DNA of 64,000 nt from Candidatus Omnitrophota bacterium (GTDB lineage: Bacteria; Omnitrophota; Gorgyraeia; VGKH01). The stretch is from positions 86,238-150,237 of the forward strand of contig JAKLEP010000003.1 of the NCBI GenBank assembly GCA_022703055.1. The letters run 5' to 3'. The notes beneath the pieces are model-generated. The model had not been told where the DNA came from. It worked only from the letters and a program-made list of their open reading frames with translations, and did no database searches. Below are positions 30,276 to 38,958 of this stretch, one piece after another. Both the position numbers and the translations under genes were made by a program. Numbering within the stretch: position 1 is the stretch's first letter; each line of letters begins with the position of its first letter.

Positions 30276-30351
30276 TGGAGCGGGCGATGGGGATCGAACC
30301 CACGACATCTTGCTTGGAAGGCAAGTGTTCTACCAACTGAACTACGCCCGC
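30276..30351 (-). tRNA. tRNA-Gly (anticodon TCC), CCA encoded
   Basis: GCGGGCG-TA-GTTC-AGTTGGTA-GAAC-A-CTTGC-CTTCCAA-GCAAG-ATGTC-GTGGG-TTCGATC-CCCAT-CGCCCGC-T-CCA. Confidence 0.92.
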
Positions 30352-30354
30352 AAT

Positions 30355-31104
30355 TTATTCTGCTCTTCTTTTTTTACCCGTTCTTAGCTCTGCTAATTCC
30401 CAACTATAATCATATAGATGCAATCCTTTACTAACCGCTATTATCTCTCCATCTTCTACGCCAATCTCATCAGCCATGTAATTTTTGACTAATTGGAGCC
30501 CGCCGCAATTAGAGGGAAATCCACCCCACAAATCCCAGGAGCGGAAATATAAAATAAAATGTAACTTTCCATAACGCACGCGGGTGTCAATTAGGCGCAA
30601 GCACGGCGGATCTTCAAGTTTTAAATCAGAAGGCATTCCAATTTCCATTACCGCTTGATTCGTGCCAAAACCGTCGCGCTTATACATCTTTATGACTTCC
30701 TCCACCTGATTGCAGTCAAGAGGAATCTCGTGGATCATTTCTTTTCCGTCTTGCATTTCTTTAACCCGGGCTTTGGGCTCAACCAATCTCTCACCATAGG
30801 TGTAGTCTTCGGTTGAGGTCTTAGCTCCTGTCAAAAGATAACTCAAGTAACCATTGATATAATCCATATCTGTAGGAGCGGGTATTGACATTCCTTCCGG
30901 AATAATCGGAATTATCTGATGGCTGGGTTTTTTAACACGCACGGTTACAAAATCAAATTCCAAGCGCTTCTGGCCCTTGTAACTTCCGCGGTCGATGGTA
31001 TAGACATGCCCTTTTTCCAAAATAGCTGACAAACACTGAAACCAGGCATCATCCAAATCAAATGCTTCGATATGAACCGGCTCTAAAAATTCTCTTTTTA
31101 GCAT
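30355..31104 (-). CDS. Divergent thymidylate synthase (ThyA) family protein, archaeal/methanogen-like type
   Basis: DPPCLRL contains the candidate catalytic Cys. YFRSWDLWGGFPSNCGGLQLV matches the TS RSxDxxxGxPxN block. 249 aa. Confidence 0.6.
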   Translation of the reverse strand: MLKREFLEPVHIEAFDLDDAWFQCLSAILEKGHVYTIDRGSYKGQKRLEFDFVTVRVKKPSHQIIPIIPEGMSIPAPTDMDYINGYLSYLLTGAKTSTEDYTYGERLVEPKARVKEMQDGKEMIHEIPLDCNQVEEVIKMYKRDGFGTNQAVMEIGMPSDLKLEDPPCLRLIDTRVRYGKLHFILYFRSWDLWGGFPSNCGGLQLVKNYMADEIGVEDGEIIAVSKGLHLYDYSWELAELRTGKKRRAE

Positions 31105-31116
31105 ATTATAGTTTTT

Positions 31117-31809
31117 CTACTTCAGATTTATTGTCACTCTTTCCATTTTATTGGCGCTATTTAAAATCCCTAATTCAATTTTTTGATAATCTGCCTTGGG
31201 CAAGAAAATAAAACCATTCATAATATAGCCAGGAAAAACTACCCTATCGACCCAAGCCAAATCTTGCATTTCTCTGTCTAAATAAGTGGCAATCGATTCT
31301 TTGCCGCCAGCACCACCGATAACAGCCCCTGCGACGCCGCCGATTGCCGCTCCAGTTGCAGTGCTAGAGCTATTTTTGCCAAATATTGCCCCTCCAGCTG
31401 CACCTGCCGTTGCACCTACAAGCGAACCAACCGCCGCACCACGGGCTGAACCTTTAACATTCTCAAGAAGGCCAATATCTTGCAAAGATTGATCCAGGGT
31501 AAGCGCGTTATAAAAAGAGCCGTCGGCAAGAACACCAAAAACCTGAGATGAGATAATCCTTATGTCTTGCTGGCCACTGTTTCTGACGATTAAACGTACA
31601 GGTAAAATCTTTTTTGCATTGAAGTCTATATTGAATTGCTTCTTTGAAGCTTCTGCAGTATCCAATGTTTCGCAAGCAATAATTGCTCCGTTATAATTAA
31701 CCCGATGCGGATTATTTTCAGGAGCTAAAAAAGATGTTGGTTTGTTCTTCATGGTCGCGCAACCAATCAAAATAAAAATACAAAATAAGAAAATTAGATT
31801 TTTTTTCAT
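31117..31809 (-). CDS. Lipoprotein with a C-terminal glycine-zipper region (function unknown)
   Basis: Lipobox LIGC. Gly/Ala-rich stretch GAAVGSLVGATAGAAGGAIFG...GAAIGGVAGAVIGGAGG. Confidence 0.5.
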   Translation of the reverse strand: MKKNLIFLFCIFILIGCATMKNKPTSFLAPENNPHRVNYNGAIIACETLDTAEASKKQFNIDFNAKKILPVRLIVRNSGQQDIRIISSQVFGVLADGSFYNALTLDQSLQDIGLLENVKGSARGAAVGSLVGATAGAAGGAIFGKNSSSTATGAAIGGVAGAVIGGAGGKESIATYLDREMQDLAWVDRVVFPGYIMNGFIFLPKADYQKIELGILNSANKMERVTINLK

Positions 31810-31836
31810 GCCTGGTCCTTTTCTTTAAAATTTATA

Positions 31837-31923
31837 TGGTGGGCAGGGACGGATTCGAACCGCCGAAGCACGAAGTGCAACAGATTTACAGTCTGTCCCC
31901 TTTAGCCACTTGGGTACCTGCCC
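31837..31923 (-). tRNA. tRNA-Tyr (anticodon GTA), long variable arm, CCA encoded
   Basis: GGGCAGG...ACAGA-CTGTAAA-TCTGT-(GCAC TTC GTGC variable arm)-GGCGG-TTCGAAT-CCGTC-CCTGCCC-A-CCA; 87 nt. Confidence 0.9.
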
Positions 31924-32025
31924 GTATCTAAAAGTCAAAAGTAAAAATTCAAAATTAAAAAAATACACAAGGCAAAAGTAAAAAATTTTTTTGAATTTTG
32001 CCCTTTGAATTTTTAATTTTCAAAG

Positions 32026-32098
32026 AGCTGGCGAGAGGAATCGAACCCCCGACCCATGGTTTACAAAACCATTGCTCTACCGACTGAGCTACGCCAGC
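32026..32098 (-). tRNA. tRNA-Thr (anticodon TGT), CCA not encoded
   Basis: GCTGGCG-TA-GCTC-AGTCGGTA-GAGC-A-ATGGT-TTTGTAA-ACCAT-GGGTC-GGGGG-TTCGATT-CCTCT-CGCCAGC-T, followed by CTT. Confidence 0.9.
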
Positions 32099-32113
32099 AA
32101 TTGTCAACTCTAA

Positions 32114-32995
32114 CTAGCTCTTCTTAAAGAATATCCTTCTAATCAAAGCTACTATCGCACCGATTATGATAACCCATATTAAAATCGGGATTATAGCTGC
32201 GATAATTACAATTATTCCGTAAAAAACATTGATAAATATTTCAAGCGATTCCCTAATTGTCTGTTTAAATTTCTTGAGCATATTTATTGGAGCGGGACTC
32301 ATCGCTTTTTGCTCATAGTGATTGACGGTGATCGTTGCAAGCTCGATATTCCTGTCTAAATATTTCATCCTGCCCTCAATCATTTCAATCTGCTCTCTGA
32401 CACGGGAAAGCTCTCGCTCAACCTCAAGGATATCTTTCACCTGTTTGGCTTTATCTTCAAGGATACTGACCAGCCTTTGCTCAACAAGCTTAAAATTCTT
32501 TAATCTTGACTCCAAATCAACATACTCTTCGGTGACATCCTCTCCTGTAACGCGCTCTAATTCAACCCTTCCCAGCTCTTTTATCCTCTGTATTGCCTCA
32601 TCGAAATACTGAGGCGCAACCTTAAGAACAATTCTTCCTCTTTTGGAGTCGTTTACATATTGATGAATTTCAGAATCTACAATGATACCGGAGAATCCTT
32701 GTGCAATCTGGGAAATCTTTTGGGCAGTTTCATCACAGCTCTTTACTTCTATATTTAAATCGGCTCTTTTTATTAACTTCCTAACTTGTAATAATCTGCT
32801 CGGCGCAGATTGAATCATTTCTCTTGCAGAAAAATCTTCTTTTAGGGCATAACTTGCCATGCCAGCTTTTAATCCCATTGGAGCGGATCTTAGCCTACCT
32901 TGTACGCCGCGTTTTAGCGTCGGACTGGAAACTAAAAATAATGCTACTAAAATTATCCCTGCGCCAATTCCCCAATAAAACCAATTTTTTTTCAT
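32114..32995 (-). CDS. DUF4349-like membrane protein (N-terminal TM, coiled coil, C-terminal TM)
   Basis: Architecture plus the ADLNIEVKSCDETAQKISQIAQGFSGIIVDSEI block recalled from DUF4349; 293 aa. Confidence 0.45.
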   Translation of the reverse strand: MKKNWFYWGIGAGIILVALFLVSSPTLKRGVQGRLRSAPMGLKAGMASYALKEDFSAREMIQSAPSRLLQVRKLIKRADLNIEVKSCDETAQKISQIAQGFSGIIVDSEIHQYVNDSKRGRIVLKVAPQYFDEAIQRIKELGRVELERVTGEDVTEEYVDLESRLKNFKLVEQRLVSILEDKAKQVKDILEVERELSRVREQIEMIEGRMKYLDRNIELATITVNHYEQKAMSPAPINMLKKFKQTIRESLEIFINVFYGIIVIIAAIIPILIWVIIIGAIVALIRRIFFKKS

Positions 32996-33014
32996 GACCC
33001 TCTCCTTTCAACCA

Positions 33015-33860
33015 TCAAGCACACATTTTGATTGATCGAGGAAGCTCTTCAATAATATCAGAAGCTATCATACCAAGCTCGGTTTTCTTACGTGCCGTTA
33101 AATCTCCGGCTAACCCGTGTATATAAACTGCGTACTTTGCCGCATCAAAAGGTTTCAAACCTTGCGCCAAGAAGGATGCGATAATACCTGTTAATACGTC
33201 ACCGCTGCCAGCAGTAGCCATTCCAGGATTACCTGTATTATTAATATAAACCTTGCCTTTGGCATCGGCAACAACCGTACGATTGCCCTTTAAAACAACC
33301 AAACAATTATATTTTTTCGCAAAGCCTAAGGCAATATTTTTTCTATTTTTTTGCACGGCATTTGTCGATGTGCCCAGGAGCCTTGCCATCTCGCCAGGAT
33401 GAGGAGTTAAAATCTTTACTCCCTTCAATCTCTTAACGTGACCCACCAATGCATTCAGGCCATCGGCATCGATAACAACTGGCAACTCGTTCTGCTGAGA
33501 AACTATTTTTCTCGCTAATTGCTTAGTTGAAGCATTCTGAGAAAGACCCGGCCCCACCACCAAAACATCGACTTTAGACAAAAATGTATTGATACTAGAA
33601 TACGCCTTAAGACTTACAGTGCCTTCCTCTGTTTGAGGCAACGGCAATGTCATCACTTCAAAGATTTTCTTCGGAATGGCAAGGCTCAAATCTTCCGGCA
33701 GACCTACGGTGACCAAACCTGCTCCCGAACGCATGGCTGCCTTGGCGCAAAGAATTGCCGCCCCCGGCATATTTCTTGAGCCGGCAAGCATAAATATATG
33801 GCCGAAATCACGCTTGTGTGCGTCAGCTTTTCTTCGTAATAATTGCGCTGGCAACCGCAT
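33015..33860 (-). CDS. nnrD: ADP-dependent NAD(P)H-hydrate dehydratase (YjeF C-terminal domain only)
   Basis: HKRDFGHIFMLAGSRNMPGAAILCAKAAMRSGAGLVTV, TPHPGEMARL and GNPGMATAGSGDVLTG. Confidence 0.85.
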   Translation of the reverse strand: MRLPAQLLRRKADAHKRDFGHIFMLAGSRNMPGAAILCAKAAMRSGAGLVTVGLPEDLSLAIPKKIFEVMTLPLPQTEEGTVSLKAYSSINTFLSKVDVLVVGPGLSQNASTKQLARKIVSQQNELPVVIDADGLNALVGHVKRLKGVKILTPHPGEMARLLGTSTNAVQKNRKNIALGFAKKYNCLVVLKGNRTVVADAKGKVYINNTGNPGMATAGSGDVLTGIIASFLAQGLKPFDAAKYAVYIHGLAGDLTARKKTELGMIASDIIEELPRSIKMCA

Positions 33861-34176
33861 AATCTTTTGTATGAGAAATTGAAATCGTTATCTGAATACC
33901 GTTTCGTTTATCTTTTAATTCGCAAACTGGTTTGCCGTTTTCGTTATTTACAATCTTGATATCCTTAAAATCCATTTTCTGGTTGCTGAATGCCTTAATA
34001 ACCGCCTCTTTGGCAGCAAACCGCGCAGCCAGATGCTCATAGGGAAAACGGCGGTTTTTAGCATAGGCTAGTTCTTCGTCGGTAAAAACCCGGTTTAAGA
34101 AGCCTTTTTTCCATCTCTTGACCGCATCTTTTACTCTTTTTACTTCGATTATATCTATGCCTGAACCAATTATCAT
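33823..34176 (-). CDS. acpS: Holo-[acyl-carrier-protein] synthase
   Basis: GIDIIEVKRV, FAAKEAVIKA and ISISHTKDYAVA; 117 aa. Confidence 0.85.
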   Translation of the reverse strand: MIIGSGIDIIEVKRVKDAVKRWKKGFLNRVFTDEELAYAKNRRFPYEHLAARFAAKEAVIKAFSNQKMDFKDIKIVNNENGKPVCELKDKRNGIQITISISHTKDYAVASAIITKKS

Positions 34177-34178
34177 CT

Positions 34179-34892
34179 CTAACTGTTTATTAAATCAACC
34201 ATTTGTCTTATTGCTTCTTCTAGCCCGACAAAAACCGCGTAAGAAACTATCGAATGCCCGATATTCAATTCTTCCATCCCGGGGATTCTAGCGATGCTTG
34301 CAACATTTTGATAGTTGAGACCATGCCCGGCATTCACTCTTAGACCAACTTTCTTAGCGTATTTGGTGGCTTCAACAATTTCTTGAAGATGCAACTTACG
34401 TTTGCCTACAGTTTTGCTATCGGCGTATCGACCGGTATGCAATTCGATAAACTCACAGCCTGATTTTCTGGAAGCATCAATTTGCCGCCTCTCGGGATCA
34501 ATAAATAAACTGACTACTATATTATTCTTCTTTAGCTTATCAACAACCTTCTTAATTTTTCCCTCATGCAAGACGACGTCCAAACCGCCTTCAGTCGTTA
34601 ATTCCTGCCTTTTTTCTGGAACTAATGTTGCCTGATATGGTTTAAGACTGCAGGCGATATCGACTATGCCGGGATTTATCGACATCTCCAGATTAAATCT
34701 TTTAATCTTCTTCTTTAACAGGATTATGTCTTTATCCTGGATATGACGCCTATCCTCTCTGAGATGTGCTACAATGCTATCTGCGCCGGCTCTCTGGCAA
34801 ATCAATGCAGCCTCTATCGGATCCGGGATAACCCCGCCGCGAGCCTGCCTCAAAGTTGCCACATGGTCTATGTTGACTCCTAGTCTAATCAT
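34179..34892 (-). CDS. pdxJ: Pyridoxine 5'-phosphate synthase
   Basis: MIRLGVNIDHVATLRQARG, EFIELHTG and NAGHGL. The likely start is the ATG at 34892. The longer track start overlaps the mini-ORF below. Confidence 0.9.
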   Translation of the reverse strand: MIRLGVNIDHVATLRQARGGVIPDPIEAALICQRAGADSIVAHLREDRRHIQDKDIILLKKKIKRFNLEMSINPGIVDIACSLKPYQATLVPEKRQELTTEGGLDVVLHEGKIKKVVDKLKKNNIVVSLFIDPERRQIDASRKSGCEFIELHTGRYADSKTVGKRKLHLQEIVEATKYAKKVGLRVNAGHGLNYQNVASIARIPGMEELNIGHSIVSYAVFVGLEEAIRQMVDLINS

Positions 34893-34896
34893 GCTA

Positions 34897-35010
34897 CTAG
34901 AAAATCCCTCTAGCCAGCTCGCTATTAACATAAAGCCAGGTTATAATGGCTAAAACTAGCGAAAGAAGTTTTAAGAAAATATTATGGGTAAATAATGTTT
35001 TTAAGTTCAT
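34897..35010 (-). CDS. 37-aa membrane micro-ORF resembling only the N-terminal TM segment of CdaR/YbbR (remnant or mini-regulator)
   Basis: Its ATG (35010..35008) overlaps the cdaA TGA (35009..35007) as ATGA. Translation is MNLKTLFTHNIFLKLLSLVLAIITWLYVNSELARGIF. No YbbR domains follow it. Confidence 0.4.
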   Translation of the reverse strand: MNLKTLFTHNIFLKLLSLVLAIITWLYVNSELARGIF

Positions 35011-35792
35011 TGTTTTATTTTAGGTTGTTTAATGAGGTTATTCCTAAGCAGTTTTATAAGTTCGTTCTTTTCGTTGGCGCTATGCAACTTCCCATGCAAA
35101 ACAAAAGAAATATTCCCGGTTTCCTCAGAAACAACAACGACTATTGCATCGCTCAATTCTGACAAGCCAACCGCAGCCCTATGCCTGGTGCCGACAGTCT
35201 TAGGGATGTTAGGATTTTCAGTTAAAGGGAACAGGCACACTGCTGAAGCAATCCTATCGCTTTGAACTATAATCCCCCCGTCGTGAAGAGGTGAATTAGG
35301 ATTAAAAATTGTTTGTATTATTTCGGAGGAAATTTTGCAATCCAAAATAATCCCGCTTTCAATATAAGTCTTAAGCCTGTCGGATCTTTCAATAGCGATT
35401 ATCGCCCCGATTTTCCTTTTAGAGAGGATTTCAGCGGCGGAAGCAATCTCATCAATAATAGCCACAATTTCCTGCTCTACCAAAAGCAAAGAAAATAAAT
35501 GGCGCTGTCCCAATTTTGCCAAACCTTGGCGCAATTCCGGCTGAAAAATAATTAAGACAGAAATTATCGATATCGCGAATACCTTAGTCAATAGCCAATT
35601 TAATGTCTCTAGGCCAAGTTTTTGAAAAACGAAAAAAGCAACTACCAGAAATATGATGCCTTTTAGAACCTGAAAGGCTCTAGTGCCCTGGAAGAACACA
35701 AGTATCCCATAAAAGATAAACCAAAGAATTCCTATTTCAATCACGGGTTTCAACATAACCAAATTATCTTTAATAGCATTTAAATCAATCAT
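35007..35792 (-). CDS. cdaA: Diadenylate cyclase CdaA (membrane-anchored DAC domain)
   Basis: Three N-terminal TM helices, then PLHDGGIIV and GTRHRAAVGLSE. Confidence 0.9.
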   Translation of the reverse strand: MIDLNAIKDNLVMLKPVIEIGILWFIFYGILVFFQGTRAFQVLKGIIFLVVAFFVFQKLGLETLNWLLTKVFAISIISVLIIFQPELRQGLAKLGQRHLFSLLLVEQEIVAIIDEIASAAEILSKRKIGAIIAIERSDRLKTYIESGIILDCKISSEIIQTIFNPNSPLHDGGIIVQSDRIASAVCLFPLTENPNIPKTVGTRHRAAVGLSELSDAIVVVVSEETGNISFVLHGKLHSANEKNELIKLLRNNLIKQPKIKQ

Positions 35793-35799
35793 CGTTTTT

Positions 35800-37029
35800 T
35801 TAGTTTGGGTTTAATATTGCGTCAGTCAATTTAACAGTTTCTTTTATTTTCTTCACGTCATGAACTCTTACAATATGGGCTCCGTTTTTTATTGCCACAC
35901 AAACTGCGGCTGCCGTGCCCATCAGCCTATCATTTGCGGGAAGATCTAATACTTTTCCGATAAACGACTTTCTGGAAGGCCCGACCAATATCGGACGGCC
36001 GAGAGTCCTTAGTTCACTGAGTTTCTTTAGAATTTCGAGATTATGTTCTAGGGTTTTCCCAAAACCTATCCCAGGATCGATGATAATCCTTTCTTTTTTA
36101 ACTCCTTGGCCTACAGCAAACTGAATTGATTTATCAAGACTATCGACAATCTCTCCCATCAAACAATTATAGCTAGGATCTTTTTGCATCGTGCGCGGCC
36201 TGCCTTTGATATGCATTAAAACAAGGCCTGCGCGATATCTGGAAGCAACCTTAAGCAATCGCGAATCGTTTTTAACCCCCATTATATTGTTTAGAATATC
36301 GGCTCCCGAATCCAAAGCCGCATGGGCCACTTCCGGTTTATAGGTATCAACCGAAATAGGAACCTTAATCCTTCTTACTATTCTTTTTATAATCGGAACG
36401 ACACGAGCAATCTCTTCTTTGGGCCTTAAAGGTTTTGAGCCAGGCCTCGTAGATTCTCCACCGACATCAATTATGTCGGCGCCGTCTCGGACTTTTTTTT
36501 CAATATCCTGGACAATCATTTCCTGCAGATATCGGCTATTGTGGATATTTTTGAATGCATAAAGGCCGTCTCCGCTGAAAGAATCAGGCGTGAGATTCAC
36601 AATCCCAATAATAAGAGTACGTTTTCTGATATTTATTTTATGTCTCGGAGTATCTATGACAAATTTATCGCTGAGATAATTATCGAGGAGCTCGTTTAGC
36701 CTGTCAGAAAAAACATTCAGCCCAAACGGCTGTCTTTCTAGTTTGCGTGATAGCTGTCTGAGCTGATTTAAATTCCCCATCACCAAGCAATGAGTATCCC
36801 TGCTTTTGCCCAAAATCACATCTTTGGGGACAGCCACTTCTCCGGCTACAGAAAGCATCTCTTGTTTTAAGATATTTGCTGCCACCGAAGAAATACCCTC
36901 AAGGTTAACCAAAAAACAATTCGCTTTTGGGCTCATTATCTTGATTCCGTCGCTGTAGACGTCAAGTCGGCGCATATACTCTTCGACTTCATTCGGAAAT
37001 TCCAAAGACAACATCCTGATATTCATCAT
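35800..37029 (-). CDS. folP: Dihydropteroate synthase with an N-terminal extra domain of about 130 aa
   Basis: Pterin-binding domain: IGIVNLTPDSFSGDG, IIDVGGESTRPG and IIDPGIGFGK. The preceding 130 aa are not part of canonical FolP. Confidence 0.85.
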   Translation of the reverse strand: MMNIRMLSLEFPNEVEEYMRRLDVYSDGIKIMSPKANCFLVNLEGISSVAANILKQEMLSVAGEVAVPKDVILGKSRDTHCLVMGNLNQLRQLSRKLERQPFGLNVFSDRLNELLDNYLSDKFVIDTPRHKINIRKRTLIIGIVNLTPDSFSGDGLYAFKNIHNSRYLQEMIVQDIEKKVRDGADIIDVGGESTRPGSKPLRPKEEIARVVPIIKRIVRRIKVPISVDTYKPEVAHAALDSGADILNNIMGVKNDSRLLKVASRYRAGLVLMHIKGRPRTMQKDPSYNCLMGEIVDSLDKSIQFAVGQGVKKERIIIDPGIGFGKTLEHNLEILKKLSELRTLGRPILVGPSRKSFIGKVLDLPANDRLMGTAAAVCVAIKNGAHIVRVHDVKKIKETVKLTDAILNPN

Positions 37030-37032
37030 GAT

Positions 37033-38901
37033 TTAAGCTGCTGCAGTCCCTTCGATTCCCAAAATCTTTTTTACCTCTTCGCCATCTAAAACTTCTTTTT
37101 CCAATAATTTATCGGCGATAATCTTAAGCTTATCTTTTCGCTCAGAAATTAGTTTCTTAGCCTGTGAATAGGACTCATTGACAATACGGCTTACTTCCTG
37201 ATCAATCGCCTTGGCAGTCTCTTCGGAATAATCCTTTTCCTCAAGCATGTCTCTTCCCAAAAAAACAGGACCGTGCCTTCTGCCTAAAGTAAGATTGCCG
37301 AGCTTCTCGCTCATCCCGTATTCGCAGACCATTTGCCTGGCAATGGAAGTGGCAACTGCTAAGTCATTCTCAGCTCCAGTAGTAACCTCGCCCAAATTAA
37401 TCTCTTCCGAAGCTCTGCCGCCAAGGGTAACTGTGATTCTGCCAACTAATTCTTTTTTGCTGAAGAAATGCCTGTCTTCAATCGGCGGAGTCAAAGTATA
37501 GCCTCCAGCCATTCCGCGAGGAATAATCGATACCTTACTGACCTGATCAACTTCAGGGATCAATAACGAAATTAAAGCATGGCCGGCCTCATGATAGGCG
37601 GTTAACTCTTTTTCGCGTTTTGAAATATTCCTGCTCTTTTTCTCTGGCCCCATGATTACGCGCTCGATTGCTTCTTCCATTTCCTTGGTCTCGACAGTCG
37701 CCTTATTTCTTCTGGCTGCCAAAAGCGCTGCCTCATTGCAGAGATTGGCAATGTCGGCCCCGGAAAAATATACCGTCTGCCGAGCAATGGATCTTAAGTC
37801 AACTTCCGGAGAAAGCTTAATTTTTCTAGTGTGTACCTTTAAAATATCTTCTCGTCCTTTGATATCGGGAAGGTTAACCACTATTCGCCGGTCGAATCTT
37901 CCTGGTCGCAGAAGCGCGGGATCCAAAGTATCCGGTCGGTTAGTGGCAGCAATAAGGATAATCCCCTCCTGGGTATCAAACCCATCCATCTCAACCAAAA
38001 GCGCATTGAGCGTCTGTTCGCGCTCATCGTGTCCTCCGCCGATTCCGGAAAATCTAAGCCTTCCCACCGCATCGATCTCGTCGATAAATATTATCGCACC
38101 TTTTCCATGAATCTTGGCCGCTTTCCTTCCTTGCTCGAATAAATCTCTTACGCGAGATGCTCCAACGCCAACAAACATCTCCACAAAATCAGAACCGCTG
38201 ATGGAAAAAAATGGGACTTTTGCCTCGCCGGCAACTGCCTTGGCAAGAAGAGTCTTTCCTGTGCCCGGAGGCCCGATCAATAAAACACCTTTAGGGATTT
38301 TCCCGCCGAGCCTCTGGAATCTCTTAGGGTCTTTTAAAAATTCTATAACCTCTTTAAGTTCTTCCTTCGCTTCATCGACACCAGCGACATCATCAAAAGT
38401 TATCTTTGTGGCCTCTATTTCAGTAATTACCCTGGCTCTAGACCTCCCGAATGACCATATTTTATTGCCCGCCTGCGTTCCTCGGTAGGCGAAATACCAC
38501 AAGAACACGATAAACAAAACAACAGGCACTAACTGCACAAAAATATTGGCCAAGAGCGTCCTTGCAGGCTTGACGCTAAAATTGTCAACGTTTGTCCTTA
38601 TCAAAGCAATTAAATCCCTGTCCTCTTCGGGGATGTTGACAAAAAATTTCGAACCATTACTCAGTTCACCCTGGAGAACAGAATCAGTCTTAAATAAGGT
38701 TTTAATTTCTTTGGTCTTGGGATTAGCTACTAATTTTTGATAGAACTCACTGTAGGTCAATTCCTTGGGGCTCATCCCCAAAGAAAAAGTAGCGAGATTA
38801 TAAATATAAAGAGTGATCAAGGCAAGCCCCAACCCCAGAAGAATACTCTTCGTTAACTTGTTGTTTTTCTTAGATTTATTGCTTTTTTTATCTAGGTCCA
38901 T
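37033..38901 (-). CDS. ftsH: ATP-dependent zinc metalloprotease FtsH
   Basis: [18 protein letters not shown] (Walker A), the SRH region and the HEAGHAL zinc motif; 622 aa. Confidence 0.95.
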   Translation of the reverse strand: MDLDKKSNKSKKNNKLTKSILLGLGLALITLYIYNLATFSLGMSPKELTYSEFYQKLVANPKTKEIKTLFKTDSVLQGELSNGSKFFVNIPEEDRDLIALIRTNVDNFSVKPARTLLANIFVQLVPVVLFIVFLWYFAYRGTQAGNKIWSFGRSRARVITEIEATKITFDDVAGVDEAKEELKEVIEFLKDPKRFQRLGGKIPKGVLLIGPPGTGKTLLAKAVAGEAKVPFFSISGSDFVEMFVGVGASRVRDLFEQGRKAAKIHGKGAIIFIDEIDAVGRLRFSGIGGGHDEREQTLNALLVEMDGFDTQEGIILIAATNRPDTLDPALLRPGRFDRRIVVNLPDIKGREDILKVHTRKIKLSPEVDLRSIARQTVYFSGADIANLCNEAALLAARRNKATVETKEMEEAIERVIMGPEKKSRNISKREKELTAYHEAGHALISLLIPEVDQVSKVSIIPRGMAGGYTLTPPIEDRHFFSKKELVGRITVTLGGRASEEINLGEVTTGAENDLAVATSIARQMVCEYGMSEKLGNLTLGRRHGPVFLGRDMLEEKDYSEETAKAIDQEVSRIVNESYSQAKKLISERKDKLKIIADKLLEKEVLDGEEVKKILGIEGTAAA

Positions 38902-38958
38902 AACGACACTTTCCTTTCCGAACTCTGAACTTTAATTATAACAAAAGAATAGATAAAA

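Noticed and set aside
30267-30308. N-terminal 14 codons of the track ORF 29886..30308 (MSWVRSPSPAPYNQ)
   Set aside because: These codons are the T-arm and acceptor 3' half of tRNA-Gly read as protein. The PilZ domain begins after the internal ATG at 30266.
33823-33860. 38-nt overlap between the acpS end and the nnrD start, considered as a possible frameshift or fusion
   Set aside because: Both proteins are complete and of normal length in their own frames. The overlap may simply reflect an over-extended nnrD start call.
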